A stretch of DNA of 64,000 nucleotides from Desulfovibrio sp. OttesenSCG-928-C06 (GTDB lineage Bacteria; Desulfobacterota; Desulfovibrionia; Desulfovibrionales; Desulfovibrionaceae). The stretch lies in the NCBI GenBank assembly GCA_030267065.1, contig JAJDJF010000001.1:16448-80447 (forward strand). The letters are read 5' to 3'. Below, piece by piece: positions 18,325 to 26,259 of the stretch (positions are counted from its first letter, which is position 1; each line of letters opens with the position of its first letter). A model generated the notes under the pieces. That model was not told where the DNA came from, searched no databases, and saw nothing but the letters and a program-made list of their open reading frames with translations. Made by a program: the position numbers and the translations under genes.

Positions 18325-19662
18325 CTATTGCGGATTTATCCAGTCTTGTGAAAAATCTTTGATGTTACTGAACAGGTGATCGCGTATTTTTTGCAGCAGT
18401 CTGGCTTCGATCTGCCGCACGCGTTCGCGGGTAATATCGTACTTTTCGCCAATTTCCCTAAGCGTCACGGGGTCGTCCGTGAGCAGCCTGTTGGCGAGAA
18501 TATACTGTTCTTTATCAGAAAGCGAGGGGATAAGTGTCTGTAATCGATCCTGAACCATGTTGGCTATCTCGCTATTGGCCAGCGTATCTTCAATTCCCGG
18601 GCCGAGAGCGGGCAGGTAGTCCATGCGCGATGCGCCGGACGGTTCATCAGAGTTCATGGGCGTGTTCAGCGACATATCCGAAGCGTCCATGCGCTGTTCC
18701 ATCTCGACAATCTGATCCTCGGTGACGTTCAGGCTCTTGGAAAGCATGGCCGCGTCCGGGTCAAAACCCTGCGAAATCAGGCGCTGGCGTTCCTTGTTCA
18801 GGTTGTAGAACAGCTTTCGCTGGGCCTGGGTGGTGCCTATTTTCACCATGCGCCAGTTATCCATGATGAACTTGAGGATGTAGGCCTTAATCCAGAACGC
18901 GGCGTAGTATGAGAACTTGATGCCCTTTTCCGGGTCGAACTTGCTGACCGCGCGCACAAGGCCCACGTTGCCTTCCTGAATCAGATCCAGCACGTTTTGC
19001 ATCCAGCGGCGCTGGAAGTCCATGGCGATTCTGACCACCAGACGCAGGTGCGATGACACCAGACGAAAGGCCGCGTCCGGGTCTCCGGTATCGCGCACGC
19101 GGCGGGCCAGCATGGTTTCCTCTTCCGGTTCCAGCATGGGGAAGCGGCTGATTTCGCGCATGTAGAAGTGCAGACTGTCCTTGCTGCCGCTGCCGTCCGC
19201 TACCTTTGGTAACAGGTGGAAGTGGTCCTCGCCGGAGGGCAGGGCCTTGAGTTCTCCATCTTCAAATCCCGCGTCCAGATCTTCGTCCAGCTCATCGCCA
19301 AGTTCCAGCGCGTCTTCAGAATCTTCAAGCTGGTCGTCAGATTCATCTTCCGCGTCCAGAAGCTCAATGTCGAGCGGTCTGTGCGCGGCTTCCGGATCGG
19401 GCTGGCTGTCCTTTTTTCTGGGTCTGCCGGGCTTTTTAGCCTTTGGCGCTTGCCCGCCGTCAAGAATCAGCTCTGCAACCGGCTTTTCCGGTGCGTTCTT
19501 TGATGCTTTGCTTGTGGAAGTGGCAGAAGAACGGTTGGTAGATGCGGTAGCCTTTTTAGGGGCGATAGCATCTATATCCGGCGCGGCTGCACTGGTTTTG
19601 GGGGAGACAGTAGTCTTTTTATTGATAGCCGTTGTTCCGGCTGATTTATTTTCATTTTTCAT
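18325..19662 (-). CDS. rpoH: RNA polymerase sigma-32 (RpoH-type) factor with a ~165-aa N-terminal extension
   Basis: RpoH box IGTTQAQRKLFYNLNKERQRL. Region 2 LIQEGNVGLVRAVSKFDPEKGIKFSYYAAFWIKAYI. Region 4 TLREIGEKYDITRERVRQIEARLL. The N-terminal 165 aa are basic (includes KKPGRPRKKD) and then acidic. No in-frame ATG/GTG/TTG between codon 1 and the conserved core; no obvious SD at 19662. Confidence 0.85.
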   Translation of the reverse strand: MKNENKSAGTTAINKKTTVSPKTSAAAPDIDAIAPKKATASTNRSSATSTSKASKNAPEKPVAELILDGGQAPKAKKPGRPRKKDSQPDPEAAHRPLDIELLDAEDESDDQLEDSEDALELGDELDEDLDAGFEDGELKALPSGEDHFHLLPKVADGSGSKDSLHFYMREISRFPMLEPEEETMLARRVRDTGDPDAAFRLVSSHLRLVVRIAMDFQRRWMQNVLDLIQEGNVGLVRAVSKFDPEKGIKFSYYAAFWIKAYILKFIMDNWRMVKIGTTQAQRKLFYNLNKERQRLISQGFDPDAAMLSKSLNVTEDQIVEMEQRMDASDMSLNTPMNSDEPSGASRMDYLPALGPGIEDTLANSEIANMVQDRLQTLIPSLSDKEQYILANRLLTDDPVTLREIGEKYDITRERVRQIEARLLQKIRDHLFSNIKDFSQDWINPQ

Positions 19663-19887
19663 GGAATCGATAATACCATAATCCCGATTAATTGCTACAA
19701 GAGAACTATTACTCGGGCTTTATTTAATAGGGGATGTTATGAGGCTGTTTTCAGGTTTTTTTGTGAATTTAACCTGTGTTATACTGCTTATACTTTTTGT
19801 TTGTTCTTTTCAATGATTTTCAGTAATAACAAGTGTTCGCGGCGAATTGGCGCGATGTGAAACCAAAAATTCAAGGATATACGGAAC

Positions 19888-22416
19888 ATGGCAAAATATA
19901 GCTTTAGACAGGCGCTTGCAGAGGCTGTTAGCGGTAGCGGGCAGACCAGACTTTATTTTGACGGCGGTCTTGGCACCATGCTGCAAAACCGCGGTTTGCC
20001 TTCTGGCGTAAGCCCTGAGGTCTTCTGTCTGGAGCGCCCGGAAGTGCTGCAAAGCATACACGAAGCCTATGCGCGGGCCGGTTCCGATGTTGTTACCACC
20101 GGTACTTTTGGTGGTACTTCATTCAAGCTGCCCAAGGGCATGGATCCTGTTGAATTTAACCGCACCATGGCCCAGATTGCCAGAAAAGCCGCTGATGCCT
20201 CCGGGCGCAGGGTTTTTGTGGCCGGTAGCGTTGGACCAACCGGAAAATTTTTGCAGCCTTTGGGCGAAGTGTCGTTCAGTGAGCTTGTTGCGTCTTTTGA
20301 GACGCAAATTCGCGGCCTTGCGCAGGGCGGCGCGGATCTGATTGTTATTGAAACCCAGATTGACATTGCCGAGTCCAGAGCCGCTGTTATAGCAGCGCGT
20401 AATGTTTGCGACCTGCCCATCGGCGTGACCATGACCTTTGAGGATGGCGTTACCCTGACCGGTTCCAGCCCGGAAGTATGCGTGGCAACGCTGGCCAACC
20501 TCGGCGTGGATTTTCTCGGCACCAACTGTAGCGCGGGGCCGGAGCAGATGCGCGGCACAGTTGAGCGCATTCTTGCGGCGTCCCCGGTTCCGGTGCTGGT
20601 TCAGCCCAACGCGGGCCTGCCGGAACTGATTGACGGAGAAACCGTTTTCAGGCTGCCCCCCGAGCCTTTTGCCGCTATTACCGCTGAATTTGCCGAAGCC
20701 GGGGCCATCTTGTTGGGCGGTTGCTGCGGCACCACTCCGGCGCACATAGCTGCCTTGCGCTCCCGGACGGAGAATCTGCCGCAGGCGTTGCCGCGCGGCG
20801 CGTCTGATAGCTCGCATGGTGGCGTGATCAGCCTGACCAGTCGTTCCAGACTGGTGCAAATCGGCCTTGGGCAAGAGTTTACGCTGATTGGCGAGCGCAT
20901 CAATCCCACCGGCAAGAAGCAGCTTTCGCAGGAACTGGTGGACGGCGAGACCAAGATGGCCTTGCGTTACGCTACCGAGCAGATTGAGGCCGGGGCTGCG
21001 GTTCTGGACGTGAACGTAGGCGCGCCAATGGTTAATGAGGTTGAGCGCCTGCCGCAACTGGCATCGCTCTTGTCTTCCCGTTACGAGTTGCCGCTTTCGC
21101 TCGATTCATCCAATCCGGAAGCTATCCGGGCGGCTCTGGAATTTTGCCCGGCCTCGCCACTGGTCAACTCCATCAGTGGAGAGCCGGGGCGTATGGAACT
21201 GCTTGGGCCTGTCTGCCGCGATTTTGGTGCGCCGTTTATCCTTTTGCCCTTACAGGGAAGCCGTCTTCCGGTGCTTGCTTCCGAGCGCATTGCAATAGTT
21301 GAAGCTTTACTTGAAGAAATGGAGAAGCTGGGCATTCCCAGACGTCTGGCAATGGTTGATATCCTTGTGTTGTCAGTATCTTCCAAGCCCGAGGCCGCTT
21401 CCGAGTGCTTCAAGTTTATCCGTTACTGTGCTGATGTTCTGAAGCTGCCCACCACTGCTGGTCTTTCCAATATTTCTTTCGGGCTTCCGGCCAGAGAGCT
21501 TGTGAATGCTTCCTTTCTTAGCATGGGGGCGGCTTGCGGCCTGAATGCAGCCATCGTGAACCCCGGCAGCGTCCGCATTCAGGAGGCTGTTGCGGCTGCC
21601 CGGCTGCTTTTGGGTCATGACAAGGACGCCGCATCCTTTATTGACAAATATTCTGGCTGGACCTCCGGGGCTCCGGGCAATGCTTCCGGCGCAGCACCGG
21701 CTGGAAGCGGCACGGCTGGCGGTACTTTAACTCCGGCATCCGGTGCAGCCTCATCTGTTGCAGGTGCTGCTGCGGCAAATGTGAAGTCAGCGCTTGAAGA
21801 GGCTGTAATCAAGGGACTGCGCGAAGATATCCTGCCTTTGGTGGAAGATGCCCTGAAAGAGGGTGTGCCTCCGTTTGAAATTGTTAATTCCAGACTCATA
21901 CCGGGCATTACCGAGGTCGGGGCCATGTATGAGCGCAAGGAATACTTCCTGCCGCAACTTTTGCGCTCGGCCGAAACCATGCAGACAGCTTTCGGGCGTT
22001 TGAAGCCGCTGCTTGAAGAAAGCGGAGAAGCCGGGGTAAAGCCAAAGATTATCATGGCAACGGTTGAAGGCGACATTCATGATATTGGCAAGAATATTGT
22101 CAATCTGATGCTCGGCAATCATGGTTTTGAGGTTATTGATCTGGGTAAGGACGTAAGCGCCGACAAGATCGTGCAGGCTGCGGAGGAATCAGGCGCGTGT
22201 CTGATTGGCCTTTCCGCCCTTATGACCACCACCATGGTCAGGATGCGTGACACCATCGAGCTTCTGAAAGATCGCAATCTGCCGCAGATCAAGGTTATGA
22301 TTGGCGGCGCTGTTGTTACGGAAAACTTTGCCAGAAGCATCGGCGCGCACGGATATTCAACAGACGCGGTTGGCGCAGTCAGGCTGGCGCGCGAACTGCT
22401 GTCCGGCTCCTGCTGA
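19888..22416 (+). CDS. metH: Cobalamin-dependent methionine synthase, short form (Hcy-binding + pterin-binding + B12-binding domains; no AdoMet reactivation domain)
   Basis: N-terminal Hcy S-methyltransferase domain, central pterin-binding domain, an Ala/Gly/Ser linker, then a B12 domain with the DxHxxG motif (EGDIHDIGKNIV). 842 aa. Confidence 0.92.
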   Translation: MAKYSFRQALAEAVSGSGQTRLYFDGGLGTMLQNRGLPSGVSPEVFCLERPEVLQSIHEAYARAGSDVVTTGTFGGTSFKLPKGMDPVEFNRTMAQIARKAADASGRRVFVAGSVGPTGKFLQPLGEVSFSELVASFETQIRGLAQGGADLIVIETQIDIAESRAAVIAARNVCDLPIGVTMTFEDGVTLTGSSPEVCVATLANLGVDFLGTNCSAGPEQMRGTVERILAASPVPVLVQPNAGLPELIDGETVFRLPPEPFAAITAEFAEAGAILLGGCCGTTPAHIAALRSRTENLPQALPRGASDSSHGGVISLTSRSRLVQIGLGQEFTLIGERINPTGKKQLSQELVDGETKMALRYATEQIEAGAAVLDVNVGAPMVNEVERLPQLASLLSSRYELPLSLDSSNPEAIRAALEFCPASPLVNSISGEPGRMELLGPVCRDFGAPFILLPLQGSRLPVLASERIAIVEALLEEMEKLGIPRRLAMVDILVLSVSSKPEAASECFKFIRYCADVLKLPTTAGLSNISFGLPARELVNASFLSMGAACGLNAAIVNPGSVRIQEAVAAARLLLGHDKDAASFIDKYSGWTSGAPGNASGAAPAGSGTAGGTLTPASGAASSVAGAAAANVKSALEEAVIKGLREDILPLVEDALKEGVPPFEIVNSRLIPGITEVGAMYERKEYFLPQLLRSAETMQTAFGRLKPLLEESGEAGVKPKIIMATVEGDIHDIGKNIVNLMLGNHGFEVIDLGKDVSADKIVQAAEESGACLIGLSALMTTTMVRMRDTIELLKDRNLPQIKVMIGGAVVTENFARSIGAHGYSTDAVGAVRLARELLSGSC

Positions 22417-22641
22417 TTTTGCTGGTCCAGATGAACTGGGCCGTTATATTTAAGGAATGCAGTTTTAACGATGGACTACCCAGGAATGACTGCTTGTTTT
22501 AATGGTTGTTTGTTCATCAGGTCTGCTTGCTTCAACTTGGCAGCTTGCTGCCACCGGATGGAAGCACAACCTTACAGTACACGGCATACCGCCAATGACA
22601 TGGAACTAGTGTTCCACGCTCCTTCATGCTAGGATATTTTT

Positions 22642-23160
22642 ATGAGATTCAAACCGCTGGTTTTAAGTATTGTTCTTGTTTGTCTGGCAGCCGTGGCTCT
22701 GCCTGGTCTGGCCCGCTGCGCCGAATCGGACGCTACGCAGGGTGAGCGTATCGGCTACCCTGTTCTTGGTAGCGCCAAGCTTGACAAGCTGCTGAAAGAA
22801 CAGGGTAAAAACAAGGTTGTTATTGTAAGCTTTTTCGCTTCATGGTGCCCGCCGTGCCGCAAGGAAATACCCCAGCTGGTGCACCTGCGCAGCAAAGTTG
22901 CCGAAGGCGACATGCTCATTCTGGGCGTAAGCGCTGATGAGGATATGGAAGAACTTTCCAAGTTTCTGGTCCGCGCCAAGATAAATTTTCCAATTTATCT
23001 CGGTACGGATGACCTTTTCATCAAGCATGAAGTGTCCAGTATTCCCAAAATGGTTATCTATAATTCCAAGGGCGAAGTTTTTCAGGTTGTGGAAGGACTT
23101 TTGCCGGAGGCCACATTTAACGGCATGATCGATTATCTGCTTGGAAACGCTTATGAGTAA
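22642..23160 (+). CDS. Exported TlpA/ResA-like thiol:disulfide oxidoreductase (thioredoxin fold)
   Basis: Signal peptide (LVLSIVLVCLAAVALPGLARCA) and active site FFASWCPPCRKE. Confidence 0.88.
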   Translation: MRFKPLVLSIVLVCLAAVALPGLARCAESDATQGERIGYPVLGSAKLDKLLKEQGKNKVVIVSFFASWCPPCRKEIPQLVHLRSKVAEGDMLILGVSADEDMEELSKFLVRAKINFPIYLGTDDLFIKHEVSSIPKMVIYNSKGEVFQVVEGLLPEATFNGMIDYLLGNAYE

Positions 23161-23626
23161 AGATTTGCGCTTGCGCAAAGCGGCAATGGCCGATGTTAAG
23201 GGGATTCACCAGCTGCTCTTGAAAACCGCTGCCGAAGGGCTGCTGCTTCCACGTCCTTTGGGCGACCTTTATAAATGCGTGCGCGAGTTTTACGTTCTAG
23301 ATCGTGAAGATTCACAGGAAGTGCTTGGCTGCTGCGCTCTTTCAATTGTCTGGGACGATATTGCCGAGATTCGTTCTCTGGTAGTGGACGACAGTTTGCG
23401 CGGTAGCGGTTACGGCGCGCGGCTGGTGCGCTCGTGCCTTGACGAAGCGATTGCCCTAGGGCTTAGCCGGGTGTTTACCCTGACCTATCAGGACGGATTC
23501 TTTGCCAAACAGGGCTTTGCTACTGTAAAAAAAGAAGTGCTTCCCAACAAGATCTGGGCGGACTGCATTCACTGTCCCAAATTCCCTGATTGCGATGAGA
23601 TAGCCATGTTGCTGGAGCTTCAATAA
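23153..23626 (+). CDS. GNAT-family N-acetyltransferase (short ArgA-like)
   Basis: Acetyl-CoA motif LRGSGYGARLV. ATG 23153 overlaps the upstream stop (ATGAGTAA). C-terminal WADCIHCPKFPDC. Confidence 0.85.
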   Translation: MSKDLRLRKAAMADVKGIHQLLLKTAAEGLLLPRPLGDLYKCVREFYVLDREDSQEVLGCCALSIVWDDIAEIRSLVVDDSLRGSGYGARLVRSCLDEAIALGLSRVFTLTYQDGFFAKQGFATVKKEVLPNKIWADCIHCPKFPDCDEIAMLLELQ

Positions 23627-24159
23627 TGAAGGAAATACTAGGTCAGCCGGTATTTACCTCGGAACAGATTCAGGCCCGTGTGCGGGAAATAGCCACCGGG
23701 ATTAATTCGCTGTATGCGGGAAAAGAACTGGTCGTTATTTGCGTGCTCAAGGGCGCGTTCATGTTTTTTGCGGACCTGCTCCGCTATCTGGAAGTTAAAC
23801 CAGAACTGGATTTTGTGCGTATAGCGAGTTATGGTGACGCCACAACCAGCAGCCGGGCCATCAGCTTTACCAAGGACATAGAGGTTTCCATTGCCGGAAA
23901 GCACGTCCTGATTGTTGAAGATATTGTGGATACCGGGCACAGCATGGATTTTCTGCTTAAACAGATGGAAGCCCGTGGCGCAAGCAGTATCAGCCTTTGC
24001 GCGCTGGTAGACAAGTTTGAGCGGCGTGAAGCCAATGTTCGGGTTGATTTTTCCGGCTTTCAGCTGCCGGAAGGCTTCATAGTCGGTTACGGTCTTGATT
24101 ATGCTGAACGGTATCGCGAACTGCCGGATATCCGGGTGCTTGAGCTGGTTGAGGAATAA
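23626..24159 (+). CDS. hpt: Hypoxanthine phosphoribosyltransferase
   Basis: PRPP-binding motif VLIVEDIVDTGHSM; ..YGLDYAERYRELP.. The start overlaps the upstream stop (TAATG). Confidence 0.93.
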   Translation: MKEILGQPVFTSEQIQARVREIATGINSLYAGKELVVICVLKGAFMFFADLLRYLEVKPELDFVRIASYGDATTSSRAISFTKDIEVSIAGKHVLIVEDIVDTGHSMDFLLKQMEARGASSISLCALVDKFERREANVRVDFSGFQLPEGFIVGYGLDYAERYRELPDIRVLELVEE

Positions 24160-24457
24160 TATGGCGTAAATTCTAGCTGCTGCCTGAATAATGCGTCTGC
24201 CAGTCGGCATGACTGCCATGAATGGCCCGTCATAACAGTCCGTTTGGTCGGCCCGGTCCGCATGATTTGCCAGACCAGACCGATTTGACCACTCAGACCG
24301 GCCAGACCGGTCATGCAGGTACTGACAGGACCGGCAAGATTTGTGTGCGCAGTGGATGCCGGTTCGGTACCGGCTACCGGCAAAGCAGCCTGAATAAAGA
24401 AAACCGTATGTAACATCTCAAAGTTGAAATGCTCTGGATGCCACTTTTAAGGACTGA

Positions 24458-26197
24458 TTGATGAATACGACTTGCCCAAATTGCCAGACTGAATTCAACA
24501 TTCCGGATAGCGTTTATGTACCGGGACGCAAGGCCCGTTGCGCAATTTGCTCGCATGTTTTTGTTCTGCCCGAAGTGCCCGGCTTTGTGCCGCATGTTCA
24601 GGCCACGCAACCGGCCCAGCCTGCCCAACCAGCAGCGCAGGCCGCTCCAGCCCCACAGCCTGCTGCGGCTCCTGCATCCGGGGTTCGTGTATCTGTCAAT
24701 TTCACGCCTGCTCAGGCGCAACCGCAAGCCGCGCAAGCGGCTCCGCAACAGCAGGTTGTACAGCAACCAGCTGCCCCCCAGCCGCCACAGCCCGCTCCGG
24801 CTGCCCCGGCCGCTCCGCAGCAGGTAGCGCCCCAGCCTGCGCCTGCCCAACCGCAAGTCGCTCAACAGCAACCGGTCCAGCCGCAACCTGTGCAGGCTGA
24901 ACCTGATTTTGCCCAGCCGCAACCGGCTGGTCCCGTTCCGCAGCCGGAAGCTTTTGCAGCGCCCCAGCCGGAATTTCAACCCGCTCCAACAGCGGACCCA
25001 TTTGCGCAGGCCATGGAACAGGACGCCGCCTTTGCTCAGGGACAGGACTTTGCTCCGGCTGCGTCTGCCCCCGGTGTTGATGCGGCAGCTCCGGGCACTC
25101 CTCAGGCAGCTCCGCAACCCGTTTCTCAACCCGCTCCACAGCCTGCCGAAGCAGATCCTTTTGCGGCTTTTGCAGCTGAAGAGCCGCAGGGCAATGTGAT
25201 TGGCGCGGGTGACGCGCATGACGCTTTTGCCGAGGCTGCCGCGCGGCACGCCTTTAACGGTGCCGGTGTTGAAGCTGGCGGACACTTTGGCGGACAGGCC
25301 GCTGCCGGAAACTCCGGGCTTCCGGGTGCCGGAGCCGGACAGTCTGGCGACGCTGCTTCCGGCAGTATGGATTTTGCCGATATTCTGGGCGCAGAAGCTG
25401 CTGCGTATGATCCTTTTGCGTCTGACCCGGCAAGCTCTCCTGCCCCGGAACAGGGCGCGACCGGTATTGGCGAACAGGCAGCGCCGCCTGCGGAAGAAGA
25501 TGACATTCAGGCCCGTATGGCCAAATTTGATGCGGATCTTGACGCTGTTCTCAATGAATCTCCCGCCAAGGGCGATGCCGCAGCGTCCGAAACCGATGAT
25601 TCAGCTGGGCAGAAAAAGTCCGGTGGAAAAAAGATTTTCCGTCTTCTTCTGCTCCTTATTTGCCTTGGCGGACTTGGGTTTGGCGGCTATTGGGCTTACA
25701 ATGCCTTTTTCGCCAAAGATGGCGGACAGGATGGTGATGGGCGCAATATCGTCAATATCGAAGCCAATGAGCTTGAAAAGGTGCGCAACCTTGACGTCAA
25801 GAGCAGTGGGGTGAAGTACGAGTACGTCAAGAATGACAAGCTCGGAACCATACTGGTGCTTGAGGGTAAGGTCACAAACCACTTTACCGCTCCCAAGAAC
25901 AGGATCACCGTTGAAGCAAGGCTGTTCAACGCCAAGGGCGAAGTCATCAAGTCACAGCGGCAGGTTTGCGGCGTGGTGCTCACTCCGTTGCAACTTTCGG
26001 TGCTGGGGCAGAAAGAGCTTGCCAAGGCCCTGAACAACCGTATTGAAATCATGGCCAATAACATGGGCGTGCAACCGGGCGCAGATGTGCCGTTTATGGT
26101 TGTGTTTGTTTATCCGCCCAGCCATGCGGTTGAGTTTGACGTTACCGTGGTTGACGCCTCTGATAACGCCGAGCCGTCCGCACCGGCAGCACAGTAA
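24458..26197 (+). CDS. Zinc-ribbon (MJ0042-type) / DUF3426 membrane protein with a long Pro/Gln/Ala-rich linker
   Basis: MNTTCPNCQTEFNIPDSVYVPGRKARCAICSHVFVLP (CxxC..CxxC), about 200 aa of PQA-rich low complexity, a TM helix IFRLLLLLICLGGLGFGGYWAY, and a C-terminal beta-rich DUF3426-like domain. Confidence 0.85.
   Translation: MMNTTCPNCQTEFNIPDSVYVPGRKARCAICSHVFVLPEVPGFVPHVQATQPAQPAQPAAQAAPAPQPAAAPASGVRVSVNFTPAQAQPQAAQAAPQQQVVQQPAAPQPPQPAPAAPAAPQQVAPQPAPAQPQVAQQQPVQPQPVQAEPDFAQPQPAGPVPQPEAFAAPQPEFQPAPTADPFAQAMEQDAAFAQGQDFAPAASAPGVDAAAPGTPQAAPQPVSQPAPQPAEADPFAAFAAEEPQGNVIGAGDAHDAFAEAAARHAFNGAGVEAGGHFGGQAAAGNSGLPGAGAGQSGDAASGSMDFADILGAEAAAYDPFASDPASSPAPEQGATGIGEQAAPPAEEDDIQARMAKFDADLDAVLNESPAKGDAAASETDDSAGQKKSGGKKIFRLLLLLICLGGLGFGGYWAYNAFFAKDGGQDGDGRNIVNIEANELEKVRNLDVKSSGVKYEYVKNDKLGTILVLEGKVTNHFTAPKNRITVEARLFNAKGEVIKSQRQVCGVVLTPLQLSVLGQKELAKALNNRIEIMANNMGVQPGADVPFMVVFVYPPSHAVEFDVTVVDASDNAEPSAPAAQ
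24590..25210 (+). repeat. Compositionally biased CAG/CCG/GCN codon tract (encodes the PQA-rich linker)
   Basis: Recurrent CAGCC(N)GC units. The tract creates long spurious ORFs in other frames and on the opposite strand (for example 24374-25285). Confidence 0.7.
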
Positions 26198-26259
26198 TTT
26201 TAACACGGCCGCTTTGCATATCCTGCGTGGGGCTGCCGTGACAGCTCCGTGGATCTTTT

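Noticed and set aside
19663-19887. Looked for a SAM, SAH or cobalamin riboswitch in the metH leader (divergent rpoH/metH spacer).
   Set aside because: No conserved riboswitch core blocks could be recognised. The region looks like plain AT-rich promoter DNA. A cmscan would settle it.
24213-24225. The 13-mer CTGCCATGAATGG is shared by two intergenic regions (24213-24225 after hpt and 36516-36528 after ligA); a possible small repeat element.
   Set aside because: By my estimate tens of exact 13-mer coincidences are expected by chance in 64 kb on both strands, and the flanks do not align.
24160-24457. Checked the larger spacers (24160-24457, 45296-45815, 6662-7019) for SRP RNA, 6S RNA, RNase P RNA and tmRNA signatures.
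   Set aside because: The conserved cores, for example the SRP GGAAGGAAGCAGC motif, are not present.
24374-25285. 303-aa minus-strand ORF rich in Arg/Leu/Ser/Gly, opposite the zinc-ribbon/DUF3426 gene.
   Set aside because: It is generated by the CAG/CCG/GCN low-complexity tract, which reads stop-free in several frames. The plus-strand frame has the real domain architecture (zinc ribbon, TM, DUF3426).
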